Position numbers and translations under genes: made by a program
Notes under the pieces: model-generated
Told to the model about the DNA's origin: nothing
The model's input: the letters and a program-made list of their open reading frames with translations, nothing else
Databases searched by the model: none
Part shown: positions 49,417 through 63,140 of the stretch, piece after piece
How positions within the stretch are numbered: position 1 is the stretch's first letter
How the letters are laid out: each line of letters starts with the position of its first letter
Source of the DNA: Mobula hypostoma
Taxonomy: Eukaryota
NCBI RefSeq assembly: GCF_963921235.1
Contig: NC_086108.1
Location: forward strand, 52,454,001 to 52,518,000
Direction of reading: 5' to 3'
Length of the DNA stretch: 64,000 nt

Positions 49417-51239
49417 ATCTGGTATTCATAGGTGTAAACTCTGCGCAGTATTGATTGAAACCTACTGTTGAGCTTGTTCAGATGCATCTATTTCATGCTG
49501 AAACATTGAAATGAGATAGAAGATCATGATGACCCATCAGCTTATTCTATCAATCATTGTGATTTCACTGTATCCCTTGACATTGTTCATTAATAAACGT
49601 CAAGTGTAAGATCAACAACTGACTGAGCCTCAATTTGCATTTGTGGAATAAAGTTCCAAACTTTAAACTGTTCCTAACTTTACTCCTCGAAAATTCGACC
49701 TTAATTTTTAGACAAAAAAAAACTTTCTTCCAGGGTTCTCAATCTCTCTAATTTCAATTAAACCACTCCATTACCTTTTACATTTAAGGAAATACACCTG
49801 TAGTTTGTGAAACCTCTCAAAATATGATATTTGGGTTGAGGTATCATAATCTCCATTGCGCTTGAGAAAAAACAATATTAGTGTGCCAGGTGTGGTGTAA
49901 ACATCACCATTTTTGCTTGTGTATGTTTATGGTCAATTCTTGGAATCACAATGATCAGCCGTTGTATATAAAAGTAAACGTAACCTGGACAAGATAAAAA
50001 TTAAACCATTAGAAGTTTACTTTAAGACTATTGTCAGGTCTGGGTTTCATATGAAGCTAATTGTTGAGTGTAAGTAAATAAAATTGCTTTTATTTTAAAG
50101 CCTGTGTTATGTTTCCCTCATAATGCTTATTGTCTGCCATACTGGTGGGGAGGAGAATTTGTATGTGTTGCCACATGTTTCCTGGAGCTGATGTACAGAA
50201 TAAATACTGTTAATAGCCATGATTCATGTCATTTAATTAAGTGGACAAATGTGTCATCCACAATTACAACAAATACTTACCCTTAGTTTAAAGCGCACTA
50301 AAATGTGACTTGTTCAGGTTGGTAATATCATAATGGAAAGTTGCCTTAAGTTATTAAGGCATTATGTCTGGGGTAATGAGATTAATGAGGAATTGAAGAT
50401 CGTGTTTAATTATAGTTCAACCATACATGAATATAGCCTTACGAAACAGTGTTCCTCTGGTGCCAGGGTGCAAAACACATTGACGACATTAACATAGCAC
50501 AAATAGCACATATGGTTACAATTTCATAAAAACATAGTCACAAAATAATACAGCAAAAGTCATTGAGTGCAGAATTACTGTAGAATTCATGGTAAGTTGC
50601 CCTGGTTCAGCTTGTTCTTCCACCAAGTGAACACTGGAGGGCAGCACTGATGGGAGGGGTCAGCCCCCAACACCAGTATGGATTCCACAGTGCCCATAGA
50701 ATCTCTCCCACACCGCCTCTACATTTCCTTTCCTGGGTGGCTGCAACAGGCTACCCTGCAGCATGGACTTAGTCCCCTCCACAACCAAGGCAACGCAGCT
50801 CCTCTGTCGTTGGTGTCGCCAGTGAACCAGACCTGCAGTATTCGATGTTACCAATATCCAACAGGGTCTTGTGATCACAATAAAAGACAATCATTCGCAC
50901 ACCCGTCCAATGGTACACGCCAAGTCCGGATGACAACACAACAATGATATGCAATAAGTCCAGCTCCATCGCTATCAAGCAACTCACTGATGGGTTAGCC
51001 CTGCAGTACTTAATGTTCTTAGTATCCAGCAGTGACTTTTGATTATAAAAAATACTTACAAAACAAACAAACAAATCTTTGACTGGACCTAAAGTGGCCA
51101 CTGCATCCAAGTGTGCTGCCATCTAGAGGCAGGGAATAGTTTATGTGCTGCACTATAGCCAACTAGCTGCACAGGTTTGGTTCTCATTGCTGTCCCAAAT
51201 ACTCTATATTGAGCAATCAGGCACCACAGTGTGCAGTTT

Positions 51240-54200
51240 TAGACCATAAAACCCATAAGATATTGGAGCAGAATTAGGCCATTTGACCCAGAGTATGCTC
51301 TGCCATGTGATTATGACTGATCCATTTCCCTTTCAACCCCATTCCTCAGCCTTCTCTCTGTGACCTTTGACACTCTGACTTATGAAGAATCTATCAGTCG
51401 TCATCTTAAGTTCTCTCAGTGACCTGGTCTCCACAGCCACCTGTGGCAAATGTATTCCACAGATTCTGGCTAAAGAAATTCCTCCTCATATTTGTTCTAG
51501 GTGGATGTCCCTCTATGGTGAAGTTGTGCCCTCTGGTTTTAAACTCCCCCATGCTAGGAATCATACCCTCCACGTCCATTCTATCTAGGGCTTTCAACAT
51601 TTGATAGGTTTCAATGAGAGTCCCTCTCACTCTTTTAAATTCCAGTGAGTACAGGCCCAGAGTCATCAAACACTCCTCATATGATAAGCCTTTCATTCCT
51701 GAAATCTTTTTCACAAACCTCCTTTAAACCCTCCCCAATGTCAACACACCCTGTCTTAGATAAGAGGCACAAAACTGCTCACAATACTCCAAGTGAGGTC
51801 TCACCAGTGCTTTATAACCCTCAGCATTACAGCCTTGCTTTTATATTCTAGTCCTCTCAAAATGAATGCTAACATTTACCTTCCTCACCACTGACTCAAC
51901 CTACAAGTTAACCTCTAGGAAATCCTGCACGAGGACTCCCAAGTCGCTTTGCACCTCATATTTTAGAATTTTCTCCCCATTTAGAAAATAGTCTACGCTT
52001 TTATTCCTTCTACCAAAGTGCATAACCATACACTTCCTGACACTGTATTCCATCTGCCACGTGGTTCCCCATTCCCCAAATCTGTCCAGGTCGTTCTGTA
52101 CACCCCCACTTCCTCAACACTACCTGCCTCTCCACCTCTATTTGTATCATCCGCAAGCTTGGCCACAAAGCCATCAATACCATCATTCAAATCACAGACA
52201 TGCAGTGTAAAAAGAGGGCAGTCCTAATACCGACCCCTATGAAACACCGCTAGTCATTGGCAGCCAAACCAAAAGGATCCCTTTATTCCCACTCTTTGCC
52301 TCCTGCCAATCAGCCAATGCTCTATCCATGCTGGTAACTTTCCTGTTATACCCTGTGAGGCACCTTGTCAAAGGCCTTCTGAAAGTCCAAGTACACAACA
52401 TCCATCGATTCTCCTTTGTCTGTGAGGTGAGGATGTCTGTTGGTCAGAATTGACCATGGGTATTGCGTCCTAGCTGCCCAGATATGCAAGCCTGGGCAGT
52501 ATGATATGGAGAGCAAGCTGTTGCCCATATAGCAAGCTCCCCCTCTCCACACAACTGAAGAACCCAGAGGAACAGCAGAGACTGATACGGTTTGGTACCA
52601 GCAACATCGCGGGAGTTGCTCAGCATTGAACTCAATGTAGGACTGCCTTAGCGACTCCAGCTCCAGATTTTTCCCTCGGGGTTTACTCCCGATCTTCCCC
52701 ATGAGTGGGTATAGCCACAAGTTACTGAAGTTTGAAATCATAGTTTTCCTTTTCCTAGATGAGCTGACAAGCCCCGTCTGCCCAAAGCAACTGGTTTTAA
52801 GGCACCAGTAACCCACCTTTGCCCCTTCTCCTGTCAGTAGAAATGGTTCCACTGGGTTTGATAACTAAGCCGCACATGAAGGCCAGGAGCTGGTCTTGGT
52901 TGTCAAAGGCTATTTACGGCACACGCCATTGGGAGCACTTTAATAGGTAGTGGGAGCTTGTCCCCGTTATCACCCCTGGCTGTAACAACCTTAAGGATCC
53001 TTTGTCTATCCTGCTTGTTATTTCCTCAGAGATTCCAATAGATCTGCCAGGGAAGATGTTCTCATAAGAAACCATGCTGACTTTGGCCCATTTTATCACG
53101 TGGCTCCAAGTACCTCGAAACCTCATGCTTAACACCAAAATCTTCTCAATTACTGAGGTCAGGCTAACTGACCTATAAGTTCCTATCTTCTGCCTCCCTC
53201 CCTTCTTGAAGAGTGGAGTGACATTTGCAATTTTCCTGAGCTCCTGAACAGTGTCAGAACCTATTGATTCTTGAAAGATCATTAGTAATGTCTCCACAAT
53301 CTCTTCAGCTACCTCTGTCAGAACCCTGGGGTGTAGTCTATCTACTCCAGGTGACTTATCTACCTTAAGACCTTTCAGCTTCCCAAGCACCTTTTAATAG
53401 CAACTGCACTCACTTCTGCCCCCGGCACTCTCAAACATCCAGCATACTAGTAGTATCCTCCACAGTAAAGACTGATGCAAAATACTTATTCATTTTGTCT
53501 GCCATCTCCCTGTCCCCGATTACTACCTCTCCAGCGTCACTTTTCAGCAGTCTGATATCTACTCTTGCCTCTCTTTTACTCTTTATATATCTGAAAAAAC
53601 TTTCGGATTCCTCTTTGATATTATTGGCTAGCTTACCTTCATGTTTTATCTTTTCATGGCTTTTATCTTTTTATGGCTTTTTTAGTTGCCTTCTGTTAGT
53701 TTTTAAAAGCTTCCCAATCCTCCAACTTCCCACTAATTATTGCTCTATTATATGCCCTCTCTTTTGCTATTATGTTGGCTTTGACTTCCCTTGTCAGCCA
53801 TCATCATGTCATCCTGCCTTTAGAATACATCTTCTTCTGCTTTGGGATGTATCTATCCTGCACCTTCTGAATTGCTCCCAGGAACTCCAGCCATTGCTTC
53901 TCTGCTGTCATCCCTGCTACTGTCCCCTTCCAATCAACCTTGGCCACCTCCTATCTAATGCCTCTGTATTTCCTTTTACTTCACTGCAATACTGATATAT
54001 CTGACTTTAGCTTCTCCATCCCAAATGGCAGGGTGAATTCTATCATATTATGATCACTGCCTCTAGAAGGTTACTTTACCTTAAGCTCTCTAATCAACCA
54101 CCCAGTCCAGAATACCTGAATCTTTAGTGGGCTCTGCTCTGTGCTGTACGTCAATAAAGAAATAAGCTGCACAAAAAAAAACCATCTCATGGCATTCTAC

Positions 54201-54855
54201 AGATTCTCTCTCAGGATGCAAAATTAACACCAGTCTGATTTTCCCAATCTACCTACATATTGAAATCCGTCATGACTATTGCAACACTGTCCTTTTGACA
54301 TGAGTTTTCCATCTCCCATTTTAATTTGTGGCCCACATTCTGGCTACTGTTTGGAGGCCTGTATGTAACACATATCAGGGTCTTTTCACCCTTGCAGTTC
54401 CTGAACTCTACCCACAATTCTAACCTTTCTAAGGATTTGATTTCGTTTGTTACCAACAGAGCCACCCCACCCCCTCAGACTACCTGCCCGTAGCTTTGAT
54501 ACAATGTGTATCCTTGTATGTTAAGCTCCCAACTACTGTATAATCTTTTTTCAGCCACAACTCGGTGATGTCCATGTCATACCTGCCAATCTCTAACTGC
54601 TCTACACGATCATCTATTTTATTTCATATACAGCGTGCATTCAAATCCAACACCTTCAGTTCTGTATTCGTCGCCCTTTTTGATGTTGTCTGCATATTAC
54701 ACTGCAACTCATTTCACTGACTGCAATTTGCCCTATCATCTGCCTGTCCTCTCTGACACTCTCGCTATACACTGCCTCTGCTTGTATACCAACTGCCTCA
54801 TCCTCAGCCCTGTCATTCAGTTTCCCACCCCCTTGCCAAATCACTTAAACCCTCC
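51240..54855 (-). mobile_element. Long decayed CR1, host of the 52422-52997 insertion
   Basis: LADDT, DFQKAFDKVPH, YRSVSLTSV and YRPPNS motifs. Confidence 0.85.
52422..52997 (-). mobile_element. Second non-autonomous RTE-tailed retroposon family, inserted in a CR1, with a decayed HDV-like 5' domain
   Basis: TSD TCCTTTGTCT at 52412-52421 and 52998-53007; 3' end shares ACCATGGGTA(T/C)TGCG with the RTE fragment at 18981; no long ORF of recognisable identity. Confidence 0.8.
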
Positions 54856-54857
54856 GC

Positions 54858-55395
54858 AACATAGAAAATTAGATGCAGCAGTAGGCCATTCGGCCCTTCG
54901 AGCCTGCACTGCCATTCAGTATGATCATGGCTGATCATCCAACTCAGAACCCTGTACCTGCCTTCTCTCCGTACCCCCGATGCCTTTAGCCACAAGGGCC
55001 ATATCTAACTTCCTCTTAAATATAGCCAATGAACTGGCCTCAAGTTTCCTGTGGCAGAGAATTCCACAGATTCACCACTCTCTGTGTGAAGAAGTTTTTC
55101 CTCATCTCAGTCCTAAAAGGCTTCCCCTTTATCCTTAAACTGTGACCCCTCGTTCTGGACTTCCCCAACATCAGGAACAATCTTCCAGCATCTAGCCTGT
55201 CCAATCCTTTTAGGATTTTATACGTTTCAATAAGATCCCCCCTCAATCTTCTAAATTCCAGTGTGTATAAGCCTAGTTGATCCAGTCTTTCTTCATATGA
55301 AAGTCCTGCCATCCCAGGAATCAATCCGGTGAACCTTCTTTGTACTCCCTCTATGGCAAGAATGTCTTTCCTCAGATTAGGGGACCAAAGCTGCA
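54858..55395 (-). mobile_element. Young CR1 3' fragment
   Basis: WSPNLRKDILAIEGVQRRFT...FFTQRVVNLWNSLP. Confidence 0.88.
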
Positions 55396-56879
55396 ACAAT
55401 TCTAGCAAACCCATCTGCAAGAATATTAATCTCCTTGCTAAGAAACAGTATTCCTGCCATACAGAGAGAATAGCAAAGGTTCACCACTTTGTTACTAGGC
55501 TGAAGAACCACAGCACAAGGGGAGTTTTAGTCAACCAGGTTTCATATTCATTAGACGTTGAAAGATTGAGAGAGAATCTAATTGAAACTGATAAAATTTT
55601 GACAGGCCTAGGCAAATGAAATGTTTGGAGGATGTTTATCCTGCCTTGTGCATTAAGAACAGGGGCTCATGGCTTCAGATTACAGTACAAGAATTTAGCA
55701 CAAATGAGAAGTTTCTTCAGAGGGTAGTGAACCTGTAAAATGCACAATGATGGAGGGCTGTGAAGTTAGACCACTGATGAAGAAAATTCTAGATGCAAAA
55801 GGATTCAATGGCGATGGGACAAAAAGTAGGAATATGGTATTGAGAAGGATGATCAAGCTGAAAGGGACACCTAATATTCCATAGCAATGCATGTCATGGA
55901 ACTAGAGAAAATGAATAAAAACAAATGAATGGTTATTTTAAAATATATTTTACCATACTTAGTGATAGTCATTGTAAAACTTCCTTATAAAAATTGTGCA
56001 TAATTTATGTTTACGTTTTCTTGCAAATGCTTATTTGACACTATATTCCTGTAAGCTGCTGGAATTTAGCTTTTCATTGCACATGTGCTTATGATAATAC
56101 ATTTGACTTTGATTTCCATTCATTTTTGGGACAGACCTCTTGGGAAAAGAGATTTCTGGCTGGAAACAAATTATGTTTCATATCAGAGTATTACATTATG
56201 ATGCCAAATATTGAAATGTAAAGTCCTACAGACATTGCATTAATCATGAGGGTGTTGAAGTCTACCAAGCTTCAAAACAACTATCATGCATCACAAAAAG
56301 TAATAATCCAAAATCATAAAGCAAAAAAAAATTACTAATATTTTTCAAAACTAAATGCTCTACCAGGAAACATACAGCAGAGCTTTAAGGTCTATTCTTA
56401 ACCTTGGAATTTGACGGTTTTGTATTTTTTCAGGACTGTGTGGAGGGAGCAATAATTTATATTATTTGTATTTCTAAATTCAAGCGACTAGACTTTGCCC
56501 TCACCTCTAGCTATGCATTTCGGAACTAATAATTGGAAATTTATGGGCATTCCCATTCCTTCCCGAGGTCTCGCTCAACTGTAAAATTTTGGTGGGGCTT
56601 GGATTCGTTATCACTCGGTAACCCAAAAAGAAGATGCAATGGCAAAGAAATTAACAGATGCCGAATTCCAGAGGCCGTCTCACAAGCATCTCGTCAGTAA
56701 AGCCAGTCTCAGAGCTCCAGTCCCCAAGGTTCACTCCTATCCTCCGGTACGGTCGCTGTGGAGTTGCACGTTCACCCTCATACCGACGAACACCAGAAAA
56801 TCTGCAGGTGCTGGAAATCCAAAGCAACACACACAAAATGCTGGAGGAACTGCTGAGTTCGTCCCGCATCTTGTGTGAG

Positions 56880-57630
56880 TTGCTCCCGGTTTCCTCACGG
56901 CTCCCAAAGAGAGCGGGTCGGTAGGTGAGGGATGTGGAACGAATGGAATTGGATTCGTGGTAGATGGTCGGCGAGGACGTTACCGTGCCGTATCTGTCTA
57001 TGTGCTCTTCAGTAAAATGGCCCTTGTTTCATTCTTAAATATGTTAATTACAATGAAGATTCGCATGGCACCCCCTTGAAACGACCCTCGACTCCACAAC
57101 GCGCTTATTTATTTCCCGCCATCTCTGAGTTCCGGCTCCTAGCCCGCAAACCACACACTCAGCCAAAATGGACCCCTTAATGTTCGCTAATTCACATCCT
57201 GAGGAGATTTATACCAGTCGCGCAAAAATGAGACCTTGACTCTGCAGTTAAAAAAATACATACGTTCTCATCATTGTCGGTCTGAACTGCAATAAAAATA
57301 AAGCCAGGCAGTTAAACGACGAAGCAGGCATTCTCGGCAGACGGCTCATTGGGACTTGAAACTTGGAACGAGAAAGGGCGCCAAGCTCCGTTGCTAAGCG
57401 GGTGAGTGTGTGGTTTGGTGTTGGTACCGGGGCTCGGACATCGTGCCGAGAGGCCCCCGAGTGCCGCGGAGAAGAGGGAGTGATAGACATGCCAGGCTTG
57501 TCCACCGGTCTCTGGCTAAGAGGGAACGGGAGGAAGAAACTGTGAGGGAGAGAGAAAAGGGAGGGAATGAGGGGAGGGGAGGGGGCGGGGAGCAAGAAAA
57601 ATCTTTATATCGCTTGGCCTTCCAGGTAAT
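56880..57630 (+). promoter_or_regulatory. USP1 CpG-rich promoter and probable non-coding first exon(s)
   Basis: CpG enrichment; E2F-type TTTCCCGCC (57112-57120) overlapping a YY1-like CGCCATCT; donor candidates CGG|GTGAGT (57402) and CAG|GTAATC (57626). Confidence 0.65.
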
Positions 57631-58149
57631 CCCACACAGGGGTTTTAAACAAAGTTCTTTTGAACTCTTGGCACTGTTGTAAGAAGTCGTAAGTTAATAA
57701 CTGAAAGGAGCAAAACAGCTTGGAGAGAAAGTAGAGAAAATAAATTCATTATTTATGTATAAATGAGACGCTTTTTAGAACAGATGTTATTCATAAGTTG
57801 AATTCACTAGACTTCGGAGATGATGTGGGCCGTAGCTGGGCACTCCAACTAGATTACATTGATCAGATTTTAACATTTAGCGTTTGTGATTTAGAATCTC
57901 GTACAAATCTTTCAGTAATTCGTCACTATTGTCAGCGGTATAATCTAAGCAATAACTTAGCTTCTCCTCTTCGAAGCTAAAGTCATCCATGTCCATGTGT
58001 TTATTGATGACAACCTCTACTATCTCGACCCTTGTGTCTTTGTTTAGTTTTTGACTATTTGCTAATAATGAGTACTAAGTTCTTCTTAACAGAATGGCTA
58101 AAAGAACTTAATCATATTCTCGAGTTAATGGTTCATATTCTTGAGTTGA

Positions 58150-59930
58150 GTTCGTTGTGTGAGATGTGGAAACTTTGGGAGACCTCCAGTGTCCAGATAA
58201 CTCTGAGCTCCAGATAACTACATCTGCTCGAATTGTACCAAGCTTAAGTTCCTTAAAGACAGTGTAAAGGAACTGGAGCAGCAGCTCGATGACGTTCTGT
58301 TCAAAAGGAAGAATGAGAAGTTGATAGATAGGAGCTACAGGGAGCTAGTCACCCATTAGTTTCAGGAAGCAGATACCCGATTGTCAGGAGAGGGAAAGGG
58401 AATAGGCAACAAGTGCTGAGTACCCTTGTGGCCATTTCCCTCAATAAGTATACTGCTTTGAATCCTATTGGGGTGTTGATCAACCTACCAGAGGGTATCC
58501 ACAGCAAGCAGGTCTCCACCACTGAGTCTGGATCTGTTGCTCAGAGGGAGGAGGGGAAGAAGAGGTGAGTTGTATTATAAGGAGGTTTGTTGGTTAGTGG
58601 AACGGAAGGGGGGGGGGTTCTATGGACGAGAATGAAAATTTTGGATGGTTTGTTGCGCCCTGAGTGCCAGGGTCAGGGATATCTTGGATTGAGTTCATAG
58701 CATTCTTAAATGGGAGGATGAGCAACCCGAGGTCCTGGTCCATGTAGGTAACAATAACAGGTAGGGTGGATGATGCAGTCCTGCAAAGTGAATTCAGGGA
58801 GTTAGGTGCTAAGTTAAAGGACAGGACCTCGAGGGTTGTGATCTCATGATTGCTACTGGTACCACGTGCTAGTGAGACCAGAAATAGTAAAATCATACAG
58901 TTTAACACATGGCTAAGGAGTTGGTGCAGGAAGGAGGGCTTCATATTTTTGGATTATTGGGCTCTTCCAAGGAAGGTGGGAGCTGTACAAAAGGGATGAT
59001 TTGCATCTGAACTGGAGGGGGACTAATATCCTTGTGAGAAGGTTTGCTAGTGCTGCACAGGGGTGGGGGGTGGGGTTGAACTAGAGAGTTGCAGAAGGAG
59101 GATGGGAACCAGAGTGCCAGAACAGATAGATGAGTGGTTGTGGAGAAAGATGTTGTTAAGCTGACATACAAAGTTAGGAATCAAAAGGTTGAGCAAAGTG
59201 GGACTAATGTTCTGAGCAGCATATATTTCAATGCCAGGAATAATGTAGGGAACGTGGATCAGCACGTAGAACAATGACATTATACCTACCAGTGAGACTT
59301 GATTGCAGGAGGGTCGGAACTGGCAGCTCAATGTTCTGGGTTCCGTTGTTTTACATGCGACCAAGTGGGAGGGATTAAAGGAGAGGGGTGGTATTACCAG
59401 TCAGGGAAAATGTCATGGTAGTGCTCAGTCAGGACAGATTGGAGATCTTGTCTAGTGAGGCTTTATGGGTGGAACTGGGGAATAAGGTATTACCACGATG
59501 ATTGGGCTATATTGTAGACCAACCAACAGTCCATGGGACTTACAGGCACAAATTTTTAGAGAGGTTGCAAATTGATGCAAGAAACATGAGGTTGTGATAG
59601 TACGGTGATTTTAATTTTCCACATTAACTGGGACTCCCATACTGTAAAAGGACTGAATGGAAAGAGTTTATAAAATGTGTCCAGGACAGTTTCCTTAATC
59701 AGTACGTAGAAGACCCAACTAGAGAGAGTGTGATACTAGATTTTCTTTAAGGAAAGGGACAGGACAGGTGACAGAAGTTTGTATAGGGGAACACTTTGCA
59801 TCTAGTGATCATAATGCCATTAGTTTCAATGTAATTATGGAAAAGGATAGGTTTGGTCCTCGAGTTGAGATTCTAAGTTGGAGAAAATCCAATTTTGATG
59901 GTACTGTATCAGATCTGGCAAGTGTGGATT
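58150..59930 (+). mobile_element. Decayed CR1 5' part (ORF1 esterase-like region and start of ORF2)
   Basis: VCC.LSARVRD..., VHVGNN, DDLHLN, YFNAR and GDFNFP-like remnants. Confidence 0.7.
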
Positions 59931-60529
59931 GTGGTAGATAATGTTCTTATAAAATATCTCTGCATCTCTATTGCATCTATATCATTTTTATAAATGGTGG
60001 TAACCCAAGTTGTGTGCAGTATTTCATGTGTAATCTATAATGCTGTGGTGCAGGTGTAATGTAATTTCTGTACCTTTCAATCATGTCCTTCCACAAATAA
60101 ATCTTAGTGCTTGGTTTTGACTCTTTGCTACCCTATAGTGTAACTTATTGAATGTACTCCAAGGTCCTTTTGAATCCTTCTCTGCTTCTCCCCATCCTGG
60201 TTCACAACTTTCAACTAATTATCTCCTTATTCTTCCTAGCAGAATATACTGTCTCACATTTACCTGTGTTGAGCCTTACCTGTCATTTATTTTCTAATTC
60301 TGCAAACTTTTTTAAAGTCCTCTTGAAATTTGTTGTAGTCCTTTTCCAGTTTGACAAACATTGTTATACATAGATTTAGAAACACTATTATAGTTTCCGA
60401 AATCAAAACCATTAATGTAAGTTAGGAATTGGATAGTCCCAGCACTGATCTTTGTGGAACATGTGTATCGATCATCCTGTATTGTGAAGAGTTTGCTCCA
60501 ACTTTCACTTTTTTTTGAAGCCAGTTCCC

Positions 60530-62200
60530 TCAGTGGAGGAAAGTTCAAAGGAGGAAATGTATACTGTACACTTAAATTTAAAATCAACAATTTGTAAGAT
60601 TTTGGTTACAAATGAGGTCCTCTACTTGGGTATTAAAGTTAATACTTCCCTATCATCTGTGGTTAAAACAAATTACTCTTTAATTTTGAAAAAATAGAGG
60701 AAGGTATTAATAGATGGAGACACCTGCCAGCATCAGTCCCAGCCCGTATATCGGTCATTAAAATTAACACCTTACCCCGCACTAATTTTATTAGCTCAAT
60801 GATCCCACTTGCACCTCCAGCAGGATATTGGCAAAAACTGGATTCCTTACTACGATGCTATGTTTGGAATGGTAAACGACCCAATATAAAATGGTCAGCT
60901 CCACAATTCAAAAAGTCGGATGGGAGATTGGCATGTCCAAATTTTAAATTGTATCACTGGGCATTTGTATTAAAAAGTCTTAGCTATTGGATGGAGGAGG
61001 ATAAAGTTTCATCATGGAAAAATATAGAACAAGAACTAATAGCACCAATAAGGTTGAAGGACTTTCTCCTTATAGGTATGTCTACCAAAAAATGTGATTT
61101 GTATTTGGTCCAATATTAACCCATATGCTACAAGTGTTTAGAGCAGCAGAAAAATTCCTAAAATTTAAAAGAGTATCGTGCAAATCATCCCCATTATGGA
61201 ACAATAATCATCTTCTATCTGGGGGGAAACCATTCACTAACAGAACTTGGGAAGATAAAGGTATTACTACTCTTCAAGATATTAATGGGACAAGTACTAT
61301 CCTTAGCTTTCAAGAACTGGTATCTCGATATAATATTGATGAACACTCTTTTTTTCTACTTCAGAGTAAGATCAGCTTGTAAAGCCTACGGCGTTCCCTG
61401 GGGGTCAGATTTAAAGGACCATCCCATTTAAAGTTGGATACAGAATGCTCCAGGACAGATAGTGTCATACATCTATGATTAAACTCACAGAAATATGTGC
61501 CCACGTCAGGAATGAAACCCTGGGATAGGGGCATATCTGAACTGGGACAAGACTTAGACTGGGATGCGATTTGGGATAATGCTGCCAGTGCTTTGAAAAC
61601 CCAAATCATTGGTACATACACTTGAAATTTTGTCATAGAGCATACTTAACACCAAGAATTAGACATCAAGGGTATGGGGATGTCCAGGGGTTTTTGGTTT
61701 GTGAGGGAAGGTTATCAGTACTCTTACAGAACTAACGGGGGTACAATTACCAATGGACCCCGCTGTACGTCTTCTAAATGATGACTCCCACCTTTCCCTT
61801 ACGGAAAAATCATGCAAAGTCTGGCTGGAAGGCCTGACTGCAGCTAAGAAGATTAATCCAGCATTGGAAACCTCTCCATGGAATTTCAAATACTCACTGG
61901 CTTTGGAGCTTTTTGGACATTTCTTACCTGGAACTTTCATCAGCAAGAGTAAATGATGCACGACCAAACACAATTTTATGTGGACAAATTTGATATCTAA
62001 CTTAAAAGATCTTTTGTTAAAATAGAAATGCTTTGTCTGTGTATGCACTACTATTCAGTTGGTTGGTGGAGGGGAGAGGGGTGGAGGGGGGATGGTGATG
62101 AAGGTTGGGGGGTGGTTGTGATAAGCAGTCAAAATGTAATTAGCAACTGGTTGTATTGAATGTAATTTCTTGGTGTTGCAATAAAAGATTAGTAATAAAT
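60530..62200 (+). mobile_element. L1/Tx1-like LINE 3' part
   Basis: YLGI..., YVWNGKRPNIK...GRLACPNFKLYHWAF, PLWNN; AATAAA near 62180. Confidence 0.8.
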
Positions 62201-62976
62201 AATTTGTAAGATTTTGTCTTTTAGGAGTATTTCCTAATAGGACATTACACTGTGAAATAGAAATCATATCATCATTTCTGACAAATTATAATGTTTAAGA
62301 AACTCGGAATTATTTTGTTAGGCTTCCCAAAAGGAAACTTTTGTTTGATTGTTTTAATTGTATATTTTGCCAACTGCTCTGGCAAATAAGTTATTCTATT
62401 AATGAGCATAATTAGAAACCTATTTATATGCCAGGTCTCCATCATCCTTTCAGGCGGTGCGTTACAAAGTATAATCATTGTTTCCTTAAGAATCCTCTTC
62501 TCTCTTGGTTTTATTCAACACTTTGAATCTGTATACTCTGGTTCTTGAATATCTGTTAATCATTTATATGGAATTTAATACAGTCACAATACTCAGTGAA
62601 ATCACAAAGTAACATCAACTGACTTTTCATAAAACATGTTAATTTATATTTGTTTGAAATTCTTTTAGCGACATATTCTTTCACTGCACGTAGCATTTGT
62701 AATTAAAGCTAGCAATATTCGTGTTTTCCTGATAGGGTGATAGGATTTATGTGTTTAGTATGGTACAAGGTTGGATTCAGGTGTCTGGCAATGTCAGCAG
62801 ATACTAAATTTGCATTTTGATCCATTTCCTAATTTGATTTTCGTACTGGTTTCATAAAGCAACTTAAAGAGATCTGTAACAGGCTTTAAACAATTCATAA
62901 TGCACTAAATTCATATACTTAACAAGATCATAGTTATCTAATCCACAATATTTGTTTCTGTTTTCTAGTGAAGAGG

Positions 62977-63140
62977 ATGCCTGGCCTAGTCCAGAACGAG
63001 TGTAATGGAAGGGGGAGCCCTAACAAAAGAAAACGACTTTCCCTTAAATTCTTTCAGAAAAAAGAAGCCAAACGAGCTCTTGATTTTACTGAGAAGGAAG
63101 AAACTGAACACTGTCCTTCAGAGCCAAAAAGGCCAGATAA
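62977..63140 (+). CDS. USP1: Ubiquitin-specific peptidase 1, first coding exon (MPGLVQNECNGRGSPNKRKRLSLKFFQKKEAKRALDFTE...)
   Basis: Acceptor TTTTCTAG ending at 62968, donor GTATGT at 63141; RLSLKFFQKKE.KRALDF matches the USP1 N-terminus as recalled; gene continues beyond the window. Confidence 0.93.
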
